The notes under the pieces were generated by a model that ran no database searches, had not been told where the DNA came from, and saw nothing but the letters and a program-made list of their open reading frames with translations. From positions 1 to 55,834 of the forward strand of contig JBKPBH010000019.1 of the NCBI GenBank assembly GCA_046726795.1: a stretch of DNA of 55,834 nucleotides. The letters are read 5' to 3'. Numbering within the stretch: position 1 is the stretch's first letter; every line of letters starts with the position of its first letter. The translations under genes were made by a program, and so were the position numbers. Positions 17,400 through 26,861 of this stretch are shown here, piece after piece. The DNA is from Acidobacteriota bacterium (GTDB lineage Bacteria; Acidobacteriota; Thermoanaerobaculia; UBA5066; Gp7-AA6).

Positions 17400-18042
17400 G
17401 TTGCCCGAGCCCCGGACGCACTACCAGCTCTCCTTCACGTCGCGGCAGGCCGTTCTGCTCTTCGCCATCCTGCTGGCGTCCCTGGCGGGGGCGTATTTCC
17501 TCGGGATCGCGACCGGAATCTCCGGGCGCCCGCAAGGGGAGCCCGCCCCGGCCACGCCGGCGCCTTCTCCGGCCGCCGCCGCGGCCCCCGAGAGGCCCGC
17601 CCGCGTATTCTCCCCGAGCGCGCTCCCGGCGGCAGCGGCGTCTCGCCCCGAGACTCGCCCGACGGCGCCCGCCGTCGCCTCCGCCCGCGAGCCGACGTCG
17701 GGCGACGGGATCCAGTTCTTCGAGGATCGTCCGGAGGAGCCGACGCCGGCTGCGGCGGCACCCGCCCCGGCCAAGCGGAGTTCCGCCGCGGGGCCGGCGC
17801 AGAGCGGGTTCTGGGTGCAGGTTCTGTCCACGACCTCCGAGAGCGAAGCGAAGTCGCGCCGGGCCCGCCTCGCCGCGCGAGGCTACCGGACATCCGTCTC
17901 GCCGGTTCACGGCGCCAGGGGATCCATGCTCTATCGCGTGCGCGTCGGCCCGTACGCGTCCCGCGAAGAGGCTTCCAAGGCCGCCGAGGAGCTCGTTCGC
18001 AGAGAGAAGGTCAGCCCGTGGATCGTGCCGCCGGGGGAATGA
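17371..18042 (+). CDS. SPOR domain protein (single TM, Pro/Ala-rich linker)
   Basis: C-terminal [26 protein letters not shown]....[21 protein letters not shown] is the SPOR fold signature. The start is either GTG 17371 or TTG 17401, the latter just after the stomatin stop. Confidence 0.75.
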   Translation: MPSCPETRSKLPEPRTHYQLSFTSRQAVLLFAILLASLAGAYFLGIATGISGRPQGEPAPATPAPSPAAAAAPERPARVFSPSALPAAAASRPETRPTAPAVASAREPTSGDGIQFFEDRPEEPTPAAAAPAPAKRSSAAGPAQSGFWVQVLSTTSESEAKSRRARLAARGYRTSVSPVHGARGSMLYRVRVGPYASREEASKAAEELVRREKVSPWIVPPGE

Positions 18043-18920
18043 CCGCTCTGCCGGTCCGCGCCCCTGAGTGGATCCGGGAGAAACGCCTGCGCCTCTCGGA
18101 CCTCCACGAGATCAAGAGCCTGATGCGCTCGCGGTCGCTCCACACGGTCTGCGAAGAGGCGCGCTGCCCCAACCGCGGGGAATGCTTCTCGAGGGGAACG
18201 GCCACGTTTCTCCTGATGGGAAACGTCTGCACCCGGGCCTGCGCCTTCTGCGACATCGCGACGGGCCGGCCTCTTCCTGTAGACCCCGCCGAGCCCGTCC
18301 GCGTGGCGGAGGCGGCGCGCCAGATGGGGCTGCGGTTCGTCGTCGTGACCTCGGTGGATCGCGACGACCTGCCCGACGGGGGAGCCGGGCATTTCGCGGC
18401 GACCGTCCGTGCCCTGCGAGCCCTGTCTCCGGCGCCCGGAGTCGAGGTGCTGACCCCCGACTTCCGCGGGAGGATCGACTCCGTCGGCGTCGTCGTCCAG
18501 GCGCGCCCGGACGTCTTCAACCACAACGTCGAGACGGTGCCGCGCCTTTACCCTCGCGCGCGACGCGGATCGAGCCTCGAGCGTTCGCTGGCGGTGCTGG
18601 CGGCGGCGAAGGATCTCGACCCGGCGATGACGACGAAATCCGGGCTCATGGTCGGACTCGGCGAGCGTCCCGAGGAAGTGCTGGACCTGCTCTGGAGGCT
18701 CTCCGGCGCCGGGGTGGACATCGTGACGATCGGCCAGTACCTTCGGCCCTCGAGCGAGAACCTCCCCGTCGAGGAATACGTGTCTCCGGAGTCGTTCGAC
18801 GGATACCGCCAGGCGGGGGAACGAATGGGATTCCGCCATGTCTTCTCCGGACCCTTCGTCCGCTCTTCCTACCGCGCCGAAGAAGCGCTCGCGGCGGCCC
18901 AGTTCGACGGCAGGCGGTAG
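18039..18920 (+). CDS. lipA: lipoyl synthase
   Basis: CEEARCPNRGEC plus the radical-SAM cluster motif CTRACAFCDI. ATG 18039 overlaps the SPOR gene stop (ATGA). Confidence 0.92.
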   Translation: MTALPVRAPEWIREKRLRLSDLHEIKSLMRSRSLHTVCEEARCPNRGECFSRGTATFLLMGNVCTRACAFCDIATGRPLPVDPAEPVRVAEAARQMGLRFVVVTSVDRDDLPDGGAGHFAATVRALRALSPAPGVEVLTPDFRGRIDSVGVVVQARPDVFNHNVETVPRLYPRARRGSSLERSLAVLAAAKDLDPAMTTKSGLMVGLGERPEEVLDLLWRLSGAGVDIVTIGQYLRPSSENLPVEEYVSPESFDGYRQAGERMGFRHVFSGPFVRSSYRAEEALAAAQFDGRR

Positions 18921-18988
18921 GCGGCAGGCGTGGGGCCCCGGAAGGCAATTCGACTTCCCGCCTCCCGCCTCCCGCCTTCCGCCTCCCG
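18912..18988. repeat. Inverted heptamer arrays (AGGCGGN x3 / CCTCCCG x5) forming a GC-rich hairpin between lipA and lnt
   Basis: The right array is cttcccg-cctcccg-cctcccg-ccttccg-cctcccg (18954-18988). The left array is aggcggt-aggcggc-aggcgtg (18912-18932) and spans the lipA stop. ggcggtaggcggcaggcg is 16/18 complementary to cgcctcccgcctcccgcc. Confidence 0.7.
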
Positions 18989-18997
18989 GCCTGACTG

Positions 18998-20563
18998 ATG
19001 TCCACCGACGTTGCCCGCACGCGAAGATGGGCTTCGCCCGCCGCAGGAGTTCTGTCGGGTCTCCTCTTCGCCGCGGCATTTCCGCCGCTGGAGTGGGTGC
19101 TGCTTGCGCCTGTGGCGCTCGTGCCTTGGCTCGTGGCTCTGGCATGCGAGGAGAGCCGCGGCCGGGCCCTCCTTTCCGGAGTCCTCTTCGGGATGGCGTA
19201 CTGGTGCGCTTCGATCCCCTGGATCTTCTACGTGGTCACCCGCTACGGGGGACAGAGCGCCGCGATGGGCGTCGTCTGCCTTGTCCTGCTCGCGGCGATC
19301 CTCTCGGAATGGCCGGCCGTCATCGCGTGGGGCGTCGCGGCAGTCGCGCCGCCCGGCTCGGGAGCGAGGCTCGCGGTCTTTCCCCTCCTCTGGATGGCCT
19401 CGGAGCACGCGCGCTCGTTCGTTTACGGCGGGTTCCCCTGGAACCTGGCCGCCCACTCTCTCTACCGCCACGCGGTCTGGCTCCAGACCGCTTGCCTCTG
19501 GGGGGTGTTCGGTGTGGGCTCTCTTCTCATGGCCGCGGCGAGCCTTCTCGCGGGAGCCATCGTTTTCCGAAGGCTCTCGCTCTCCGTCGCCGCGGGAGCG
19601 CTCGTACTCGCGACCGGCCTCTTCGGCGCCGCCCGCCTGGGGTTACCCGAAGGAGAGAGCCGCCGGTTTTCCGTGGCTCTGCTCCAGCCCAACATCCACG
19701 AGGAGGAGCGTCGCGCCCCCGGCGGCGGCACGCGAGCCTACGGCCGGGTCATCGATCAGGCGTTGGAGGCCGCGGCCTCGCGGCCGCTGCTGACCGTCGT
19801 TCCCGAGTCGGCCTTCCCTCTCTACTGGGAGCGGAGCGCCCATCTTCGCGCCGACCTCGCGGAGGTGGCTGCGCGTTCGGGCGGTAGCCTGCTCTTCAAC
19901 GACGTCGAGGAGATGCCCGATGGGAGCTACTACAACGTGGCGCGTCTGGCGGGCCCGGGCGGGCTGATCGGCCGGCCATATCGCAAAGTCCACCTCGTCC
20001 CGTTTGGCGAGTATATCCCGCTCCCGAGAGTCTTCTTCTTCGCCCGCCAGATCTCCTCGGAGGTCGGAGCGTTCTCCGCCGCGGCCGAGCCGGCGGTGCT
20101 GGCCGATGGCCCGCTCCGGATCGGGGTCGGCGTCTGTTACGAGATCCTGTACCCGTCCCTCTCGCGCGAACAGGTCGGAAGCCAGGGCGCGAACCTCCTC
20201 ACCACCATCTCGAACGACTCCTGGTACGGACATGCCGGAGCACAGGCGCAGCACTTCGCGGGAGCGCTCCTGCGTTCGGTCGAGACCGAGCGCTACCTGC
20301 TGCGGGCTGCGATCACCGGGATCTCGGGGATCGTGGACCAGAAGGGACGCATCCGCGCCCAGATGCCGGCCGATCTTCGGGGCATCCTGCGCGGCGAGGC
20401 CCGCTCCTTCCAGGGTCGGACCCTGTGGGTGCGCTGGGGTTTCTGGATTCCGCGAGCCGCCGACGCCGCCGCCCTGGCCGTGCTACTCTTCGGTCTCGTC
20501 AGACTGCTCCGCTCCTCTCGGGCTGAGAGCGGACAGCTGAGAGCAAAGAGCTTCTCTCCATGA
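18998..20563 (+). CDS. lnt: apolipoprotein N-acyltransferase
   Basis: N-terminal polytopic domain (GLLFAAAFPPLEWVLLAPVALVPW) and C-terminal CN-hydrolase domain with catalytic Cys context GVGVCYEILYP and SNDSWYG. Confidence 0.9.
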   Translation: MSTDVARTRRWASPAAGVLSGLLFAAAFPPLEWVLLAPVALVPWLVALACEESRGRALLSGVLFGMAYWCASIPWIFYVVTRYGGQSAAMGVVCLVLLAAILSEWPAVIAWGVAAVAPPGSGARLAVFPLLWMASEHARSFVYGGFPWNLAAHSLYRHAVWLQTACLWGVFGVGSLLMAAASLLAGAIVFRRLSLSVAAGALVLATGLFGAARLGLPEGESRRFSVALLQPNIHEEERRAPGGGTRAYGRVIDQALEAAASRPLLTVVPESAFPLYWERSAHLRADLAEVAARSGGSLLFNDVEEMPDGSYYNVARLAGPGGLIGRPYRKVHLVPFGEYIPLPRVFFFARQISSEVGAFSAAAEPAVLADGPLRIGVGVCYEILYPSLSREQVGSQGANLLTTISNDSWYGHAGAQAQHFAGALLRSVETERYLLRAAITGISGIVDQKGRIRAQMPADLRGILRGEARSFQGRTLWVRWGFWIPRAADAAALAVLLFGLVRLLRSSRAESGQLRAKSFSP

Positions 20564-21679
20564 CGCAACGCGATGACCTGATCGCCTCCTTGAAGGGTGC
20601 CTCGGAGCGACTTCTTTCGCTCCGGGGCTACCTTTGATCTGGACGCGGCGCGGAGCGCGCTCGACGGCCTGAGGCAAAAGGCCTCCGCCCCCGATTTCTG
20701 GTCTCGCCCCGAGGAAGCCCAGGACGTCCTGCGCCAGAGCCGCGTCCAGGAGAGGAGACTCGAGACCGCCGGTCGCTTGGACGAGCTTCGCGGCGAACTC
20801 GAGACCCTGGCCGAGCTGCTCCAGGAAGGCGAGCCGGCGGAATCGGACGCCCGCGAAGCGCTGCGGGCGGCGGGGACGTTCGCCGACGAGCTCGAGCTTT
20901 CCGTAAAGATGGGCGCCCCGGAGGACTCCAAGAACGCCTGGCTCACGATTCACGCCGGAGCCGGAGGCACCGAGTCCCAGGACTGGGCCGAGATGCTGCT
21001 GCGTATGTACCTTCGGTTCAGCGAGACGCGGCTCTGGAAGGCGGAACTGATCGACCGCCAGGACGGCGAGGAGGCGGGACTCAAGAGCGCGACGGTCCAT
21101 GTCGTCGGCGACCACGCCTACGGATACCTGAAAGGGGAGATGGGTGTGCACCGCCTCGTCCGCATTTCTCCTTTCGACGCAGCACAGCGGCGCCACACCT
21201 CATTTGCGTCCGTCTACGTCTCCCCGGAGGTCGACGAGGACATCGAGATCGCGATCTCCGAAAAGGATCTTCGCGTGGACACGTACCGCTCGAGCGGAGC
21301 CGGCGGTCAGCACGTCAACGTCACGGACTCGGCCGTGCGCATCACCCACCTGCCCACCGGCATCGTCGTCACGTGCCAGAACGAGCGGAGTCAAGGCCGC
21401 AACCGCGACATGGCCATGCGCGTCCTGCGCGCGCGCCTCTACCAGAGGGCACTCGACGAGCGACGGGCCGAAGAGGAGAAGCTCGTCGGCGACAAGAAGG
21501 CGATCGAGTGGGGGAGTCAGATCCGTTCGTACGTGCTGCACCCTTACCGCATGGTCAAGGACCACCGCACCGGCCACGAGACCGGCGACACCGACCGGGT
21601 CCTGAACGGCGATCTGACGCCGTTCATCGAGGCGTATCTGAAATCGCGGGCGGAGTCGGGCCGCGCGGTCGGAGCCTGA
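20560..21679 (+). CDS. prfB: peptide chain release factor 2, expressed via programmed +1 frameshift
   Basis: ATG 20560 overlaps the lnt stop. Frame 0 reads MTQRDDLIASLKGASERLLSLRGYL and hits TGA at 20635 in the context CGG GGC TAC CTT TGA T. Frame +1 (track ORF 20597..21679) continues DLDAARSALDGL... and carries the SPF and GGQ motifs. The product is the join 20560..20634 and 20636..21679. Confidence 0.92.
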
Positions 21680-21711
21680 TCGTGTCGCGCGCCGCGGCGC
21701 CCGCAGGCAGG

Positions 21712-22260
21712 ATGGAAGAGGTGCATCTCCGGCTCGAGAGGCGGGCCCTGCAGGTGCCCCAGACAAACCTCGAGAACCTGCGCCGGGCGGGCGTCCTGCT
21801 CCCCCTTTTCGTCCGCGACGCCGGCCTCTGGGTCCTCTTCACACGCCGCACGGAGAGTGTCGAGCATCACCGGGGGCAGATCTCGTTTCCAGGAGGCTCC
21901 GAGGAGCCCGAGGACGAGAGCCTCTACGCAACGGCCCTGCGGGAGACGCAGGAGGAGCTCGCGATCGCGCCGTCCGACGTCATTCCGCTCGGCTCCCTGT
22001 CCCCGATCGTGACGGTGACGGGCTTCTACGTCGAGCCCTACGTCGCGGCGGTCCCGCAGCCCTACGTCTGGCGGCCGTCCGCAGAGGAGATCGCCGAGGT
22101 CATTGAGGCTCCGCTGGCGGCCCTCATGGACCCGGCCGTCCTGGAAAGGAAACCGATGCCGGGACGGGAGGGAATGATCCTGTTCTATCACTACGGAGAC
22201 CACGTCATCTGGGGCGCCACAGCGGGGATGCTCGCCGAACTGTTGGACGCCCTCAAGTGA
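21712..22260 (+). CDS. Nudix hydrolase (CoA pyrophosphatase-like)
   Basis: Nudix box GGSEEPEDESLYATALRETQEELAI. The start is ATG 21712 or GTG 21682. The rest of track ORF 21373..22260 overlaps prfB. Confidence 0.8.
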   Translation: MEEVHLRLERRALQVPQTNLENLRRAGVLLPLFVRDAGLWVLFTRRTESVEHHRGQISFPGGSEEPEDESLYATALRETQEELAIAPSDVIPLGSLSPIVTVTGFYVEPYVAAVPQPYVWRPSAEEIAEVIEAPLAALMDPAVLERKPMPGREGMILFYHYGDHVIWGATAGMLAELLDALK

Positions 22261-22348
22261 TTTGGGAGTTTTGATTTTGGATTTTTGATTTTCGACTTGT
22301 GAATTAGGCCCGTGTTCAATCCAAATCGGCAATCCAAAACCCAAAATG
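22259..22348. repeat. Inverted arrays of GATTTTG / CAAAATC heptamers: AT-rich hairpin between convergent genes
   Basis: gatttgg-gagtttt-gattttg-gattttt-gattttc, then a loop, then ccaaatc-ggcaatc-caaaacc-caaaatg. It fills the whole gap between the Nudix stop and the DUF1684 stop. Confidence 0.7.
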
Positions 22349-22351
22349 GGA

Positions 22352-23299
22352 TCAGTGTTCTCCGTACGTCTTCTCGCCGGCCTCGATGCGAATCGGGAGG
22401 CGGTTGCCGGCCGGGGGGAGCGGGCACGTCGCATAAGGGGTGAAGACGCAGGGCGGGTTGTACGCCTTGTTGAAGTCCAGGACCACCCGCCCGGCCTTGT
22501 CCGGCGGCGCGGCGTACAGGAACCGCCCCCCGCCGTAGGTCTCGCGGCCGTTCGTGACGTCACCGAAGATCAGGAAGAGATCTTCGGAGCCGGACTCGCG
22601 GATGGCGTCGAGTCGGTACTCCCGTTCCGCGAGTCGGAAGACCACCGCCCCGGGGGACTTCTCATTCTCGACCGAGCCCAGGATATTGGGCACCGGGATC
22701 GTCTTCGGCGGATCGTAGGCGTCGAAACGGGCCTCGATGCGCCATGCCAGATCCACCGGGAAGCTCTCGATCCCGCGGAACGCGAGGCGCGCCGGGTTCT
22801 GGCTGTCCTTGACCCGGACGCCCAGTCGCGAGCCGCGCCGGATGACGTAGAAGCGGAGCCGTCCGTGCTGGAGAAGGGTGGCCTCGCCCTCCGCGTCCGT
22901 GGCCAGCCTCATCGCCGTGACGGGGCGGCCTCCGCTCGTGAGTCCGGCCTCCGGTTTCGCGCGCAGCGTGACGGACCCGCCCGCGAGATCCAGCGACCCC
23001 ATCGTCTTCGGAGCCGTGCCCGCTGGAAAGACGATCCGGTTGGATTTCGGGTCGCTTCCAAAGCGGTTCTCGCCCTCCTCAAGCCAGAAGAGACCCACGA
23101 GCGTCAGCCATCCGTCTTCGCGGTGCAGGTTCGCGGTCCGCTTCGCCCTCCAGGCCTCGATCTCGGACCGGTGCGCCTCCGCCGTAGGCGCGGCACCGGC
23201 GGCTCCCAGGAGGAGGATGGCCGAGAGTGCCTGCAGACGCGCGAGGCGCGAAACGCTAATTCGGAGACCGCTCAAGACCGCTCGCCAGGCACCGCGCAC
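22352..23299 (-). CDS. DUF1684 domain protein (secreted)
   Basis: C-terminal FNKAYNPPCVFTPYATCPLPPAGNRLPIRIEAGEK matches my memory of the DUF1684 signature. An N-terminal signal peptide is present. Confidence 0.7.
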   Translation of the reverse strand: MRGAWRAVLSGLRISVSRLARLQALSAILLLGAAGAAPTAEAHRSEIEAWRAKRTANLHREDGWLTLVGLFWLEEGENRFGSDPKSNRIVFPAGTAPKTMGSLDLAGGSVTLRAKPEAGLTSGGRPVTAMRLATDAEGEATLLQHGRLRFYVIRRGSRLGVRVKDSQNPARLAFRGIESFPVDLAWRIEARFDAYDPPKTIPVPNILGSVENEKSPGAVVFRLAEREYRLDAIRESGSEDLFLIFGDVTNGRETYGGGRFLYAAPPDKAGRVVLDFNKAYNPPCVFTPYATCPLPPAGNRLPIRIEAGEKTYGEH

Positions 23300-23308
23300 C
23301 GCACGCCG

Positions 23309-24934
23309 TCAGGATGCGGCGCGCTCGAGAGCCGCGAGCTGCTCCGCGCGAGCGAGGTTCGTCCGGGCGACCTCGAAGTTCCCGTCGAGGTCGATGGCTT
23401 TCTGGAAGGCCTGCACCGCGCCCGAGTAATCGCCTCGGCGGGCCCGGGCGACCCCGAGGTTGTTCCAGAGAGACGTTGCCTTGGGACTCGCCTCGACGGC
23501 CTTGACTAAGACGGTGTCGGCTTCCGCCGGCTTGCCGGCGTCGATCAGGGCGGCGGCGAGCCCGCTCGCGGCCTCCTCGCTCGCCGGGTCGATCTGGTAG
23601 GCCGAGCGGTAGGCCGCGGCGGCCTCGTCGAAGCGCTTCTGATCGACCAGCAGGCGACCGAGAGCTTCCCAGACGCCGGCCTCGTTGGGGGCGAGCTTCA
23701 CGGCTTCCGAGAGCTCCCGCTCCGCCTCCTTGGCCATCCCCTTCTTGCGGTAGGCACGGCCCAGGTTCTCGTGAAACACCGCGCTCTTAGGCTGGAGGCG
23801 GACGGCTTCGGAGAGCTGCTCGATGGCCTGGTCGGTTTCCTCCGAGCGCGCCAAGAAGACTCCGAAATCGTTGCGCGCGTCGGCGTCCGTCGGATCGGTC
23901 TCGACCGCGCGCCCGAAGGCGATCCGGGCGGACGTCTTCTCCTTGAGCTCTTCCATGGATCGCCCCAAGCCCAGGGCCGCGGGCACGCTGCGCGCGTTCA
24001 ATTCCGTGGCGCGCCGGTAGTGGCTGGCCGCCGTGTTCCATTTCCTCTGGGTCTCGGCCAGCCGCGCCAGTCCCAGCTCGGCCCGCGCGTTGGCCAGATC
24101 GAGGGTGATCGCGGCCGTGTATTCACGCTCCGCGTCCGCCTCCCGGCCCAGGCCGAACGCGGCGTCGGCGATGATCCGGTGTGCCTCCGAGCTCTTCGGG
24201 TCCACGTCGAGGGCGCGGCTGGCGATGACCTGAGCGTTACGAAAGTCTCCATTTTTCAGGGCAGCCTCCGAGGACTCGAGCAGAGGCGCGATGCTGACGA
24301 CGGTTCCCCCAGGGGCCGGCGGGGGGGAGCCCGGCGCCGTTCCCGGGAGCGGGGCCGCCGTGACGGCGTTGTGCTCGAGTTCCGAAGCCTTCCGGCGAGC
24401 GGCGTCCGCATCGGCCGCCCGGCCCAGCCGGTCGTATGTCTCGGCCAGGAGACGGTGGACCTGAGGATCCTGCGCGCCCTCGGCTTTCTTCAGGTCGTAG
24501 AGCGCTTCGTCGGGCTTGTTGTCGGCCAGCTTCTCGCGCGCCGTGCGTTTCAACTCCGACAGGTCCGCGGGAGGGGCCGTGGCGCCAGAGGCCTCGGCGC
24601 GGACGCCATGGGCCAGCTTCACGAAATCCGGGCTGTAGAAATCGGCGACGATGTCCAGGTTCGGGCGGGCCGTGAACGCGGCCTTCAGGTTCTCCCGCGC
24701 CGCTTTGGAGTTGCCTCCGATGAAGTAGGCCCAGGCGCTCTGGAAATAGAGGTCCGACTTCCGATCCGTTGTGACATCCGCAGCCTCGGCGGCCTTCGCG
24801 AACTTCTCCCCGGCCTCCTGGAAGCGTCCCGAGTCGAAGGCGCGCCGGGCGTCGGCCTCCATCTTGCCGGGCTCCTGCGCGGACAGTACGAGTCCGGCGA
24901 GAAACAGAGCGGCGAGCGCGGCCGCAGACTTCAC
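23309..24934 (-). CDS. tetratricopeptide (TPR) repeat protein, secreted
   Basis: Signal peptide MKSAAALAALFLAGLVLSA, then repeated about 34-aa A/Y/L-rich TPR units (e.g. AEREYTAAITLDLANARAELGLA, NLGRAYRKKGMAKEAERELSEAVKLAPN). Confidence 0.8.
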   Translation of the reverse strand: MKSAAALAALFLAGLVLSAQEPGKMEADARRAFDSGRFQEAGEKFAKAAEAADVTTDRKSDLYFQSAWAYFIGGNSKAARENLKAAFTARPNLDIVADFYSPDFVKLAHGVRAEASGATAPPADLSELKRTAREKLADNKPDEALYDLKKAEGAQDPQVHRLLAETYDRLGRAADADAARRKASELEHNAVTAAPLPGTAPGSPPPAPGGTVVSIAPLLESSEAALKNGDFRNAQVIASRALDVDPKSSEAHRIIADAAFGLGREADAEREYTAAITLDLANARAELGLARLAETQRKWNTAASHYRRATELNARSVPAALGLGRSMEELKEKTSARIAFGRAVETDPTDADARNDFGVFLARSEETDQAIEQLSEAVRLQPKSAVFHENLGRAYRKKGMAKEAERELSEAVKLAPNEAGVWEALGRLLVDQKRFDEAAAAYRSAYQIDPASEEAASGLAAALIDAGKPAEADTVLVKAVEASPKATSLWNNLGVARARRGDYSGAVQAFQKAIDLDGNFEVARTNLARAEQLAALERAAS

Positions 24935-26790
24935 GAAGAGCTCTCCTGGGTCGAAGTCGGAGCAGGAGGCGCGAGAGTCTTCTTTTCTCCTTCGGAGACA
25001 CTGACCTCCGCGGTGTACGGGTTGACCCCCTCGCGCGAAAGCGTCACGCGGTGCGGGCCGGAGGTGACCTGGAAGGATTTCTCGCCGATCAGGATTCCCT
25101 TGAACTTCGAATCGATCAGGACGTTCGCACCGGCCCAGGCCGGCGAGTTGATGACGAGAACGCCGAGCGGGAAACGGTAGGCGATCGGAGGGGAGCCTTC
25201 GGGGCCCACCGTGAACGACTTCTCGTAGGAGGCGAAGTCGGCATTCTCGAAACGCAGCGTGTGCTTGCCTTCAGAGAGCTCGACGACCTGCGCGGGGATG
25301 GAAGGGCCGATCTTCTTTCCGTCCACGAACAGCGTCGCCAGCGGGATCGAGCTGAACTGCACCTTGAAGGATCGGGCGCGCGCCGGCGGCTCCGCTTTCT
25401 TGACGGAGGGCTTTTCAGCGACTTGCTCGGCCGGCTTGGGGCGGGCGGTCGGCGCGGCTGGGACGGGCTTCGCGTTTGCGGCCACCTCCTTGCCGACCTG
25501 CGGGGCGGGGAACACGATCGGAGCGGTCACGGCGGGGGCCGGGGATTCCCGGGGAGGGGCGGGGAGAGCTCCCGGGTGGCTGCGCAGGAGAAGCACGATT
25601 CCGGCCCCGATCACGGCGGCGGCCGTGAGGCCCGCGCCGATCCAGACGCCGCGTCCGCTTCCCGCCGAGGTTGCCGTGGCGACAGTCTCGGCCGGCTTGG
25701 CGTCTCCCGTGCGCTGGGACGGGTCGCGGAAGTTGACGAGCTCGAGCCCGGCGGGCCCCGCCTTGTCCGTCTGCGAAACGCGGACGGCGTCGGAGCCGAC
25801 GGTCTGCTCCTCGGGCTCGGGAACCCGCGCGAGAGCCCCGGAAGGCGGCGTGATGTGCGCCGTCTCCATCCCTTTGCTCGGAGTCTTGATCGTTTCGTCC
25901 GGATCGAAGGGCGCCGCATGGGCCGCGGAGCCGGCGGCCGCCATGCCCTCCGCGGCGAAGCCTCCGCTTCCGCCGACGAGTTGCCGGTAGACCGCGATGA
26001 GGTCCTTTCGCATCGCCTCCATGGAGGGGTAGCGGTTCTGGATGTTCTTCTCCATCGCGCGGTTCGCGATCGCGGCCAGGGCCGGAGGAACGTCGGGGGC
26101 GACCGTGGAGATCGGCTCGGGCGCTTCGTTCAAGATCCGGTACAGGATGGTGGAGAGATGCTCGCCTCGGAAGGGCTTCTGGGATGTGAGGAGCTCGTAC
26201 GCGAGTACGCCGACCGCGAAAACGTCGGTGCGGCGGTCGAGGCTCTCGCCGCGGATCTGCTCAGGCGCCAGATAGGCGGACGTCCCGAGCGTAATCCCCG
26301 TCTGCGTCAGGCTCGACTCGGACTGCAAGGACTTGGCGATGCCGAAATCCATGATCTTGACCGAGCCATTCTCCAGGATGCGGATATTGGCGGGCTTGAT
26401 GTCGCGATGGATGACGTGCGCCTCGTGGGCGAAGTGGAGCCCTTCGGCGATCGCGATCAGGATCTCGATCCTGCGGGGGAGAGGAAGCTTTTCCCCGCGC
26501 TTGATGACCTTGTCCAGGTCCTCTCCCGATAGGAATTCCTGGACGATGTAGGGAATGTCGTTCTCGATGCCGAAGTCGTAGATCGTCGTGATGTTGCGGT
26601 GGTGGAGGTTGCCGGCGAGCTCCGCCTCGCGGAAGAAGCGGCTCTTGATCTCCGGGTCGTTCAACTGGCAAGTCTTCACCGCTACCGTTCGTTTGATGAA
26701 CGGATCTCTCCCCTTGAAGACGGCGCCGAAGCCGCCGACGCCGATCTGCTCGGAAATCTCGTACTTGCCGATCTTTTCCGGTATGCCCAC
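24931..26790 (-). CDS. Ser/Thr protein kinase with TM segment and extracytoplasmic PEGA-like domains
   Basis: Hanks kinase motifs GVGGFGAVFKG, VAVK, HRDIKPANI, DFGIAK and APE. Mid-protein TM helix (VWIGAGLTAAAVIGAGIVLLL). Two C-terminal beta-rich modules resemble PEGA domains. The stop overlaps the TPR gene start by 4 nt. Confidence 0.9.
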   Translation of the reverse strand: MGIPEKIGKYEISEQIGVGGFGAVFKGRDPFIKRTVAVKTCQLNDPEIKSRFFREAELAGNLHHRNITTIYDFGIENDIPYIVQEFLSGEDLDKVIKRGEKLPLPRRIEILIAIAEGLHFAHEAHVIHRDIKPANIRILENGSVKIMDFGIAKSLQSESSLTQTGITLGTSAYLAPEQIRGESLDRRTDVFAVGVLAYELLTSQKPFRGEHLSTILYRILNEAPEPISTVAPDVPPALAAIANRAMEKNIQNRYPSMEAMRKDLIAVYRQLVGGSGGFAAEGMAAAGSAAHAAPFDPDETIKTPSKGMETAHITPPSGALARVPEPEEQTVGSDAVRVSQTDKAGPAGLELVNFRDPSQRTGDAKPAETVATATSAGSGRGVWIGAGLTAAAVIGAGIVLLLRSHPGALPAPPRESPAPAVTAPIVFPAPQVGKEVAANAKPVPAAPTARPKPAEQVAEKPSVKKAEPPARARSFKVQFSSIPLATLFVDGKKIGPSIPAQVVELSEGKHTLRFENADFASYEKSFTVGPEGSPPIAYRFPLGVLVINSPAWAGANVLIDSKFKGILIGEKSFQVTSGPHRVTLSREGVNPYTAEVSVSEGEKKTLAPPAPTSTQESSS

Positions 26791-26861
26791 CTGAGAATCC
26801 AGCGGAGATTCTAACAGCGCGCCAGCCCGAGCCGAACCACGAATCTGGATAAACTCCGCCC

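Noticed and set aside
18954-18988. Tandem repeats as a possible CRISPR array.
   Set aside because: The period is only 7 nt with no spacers, there are no cas genes, and the units are far too short for CRISPR.
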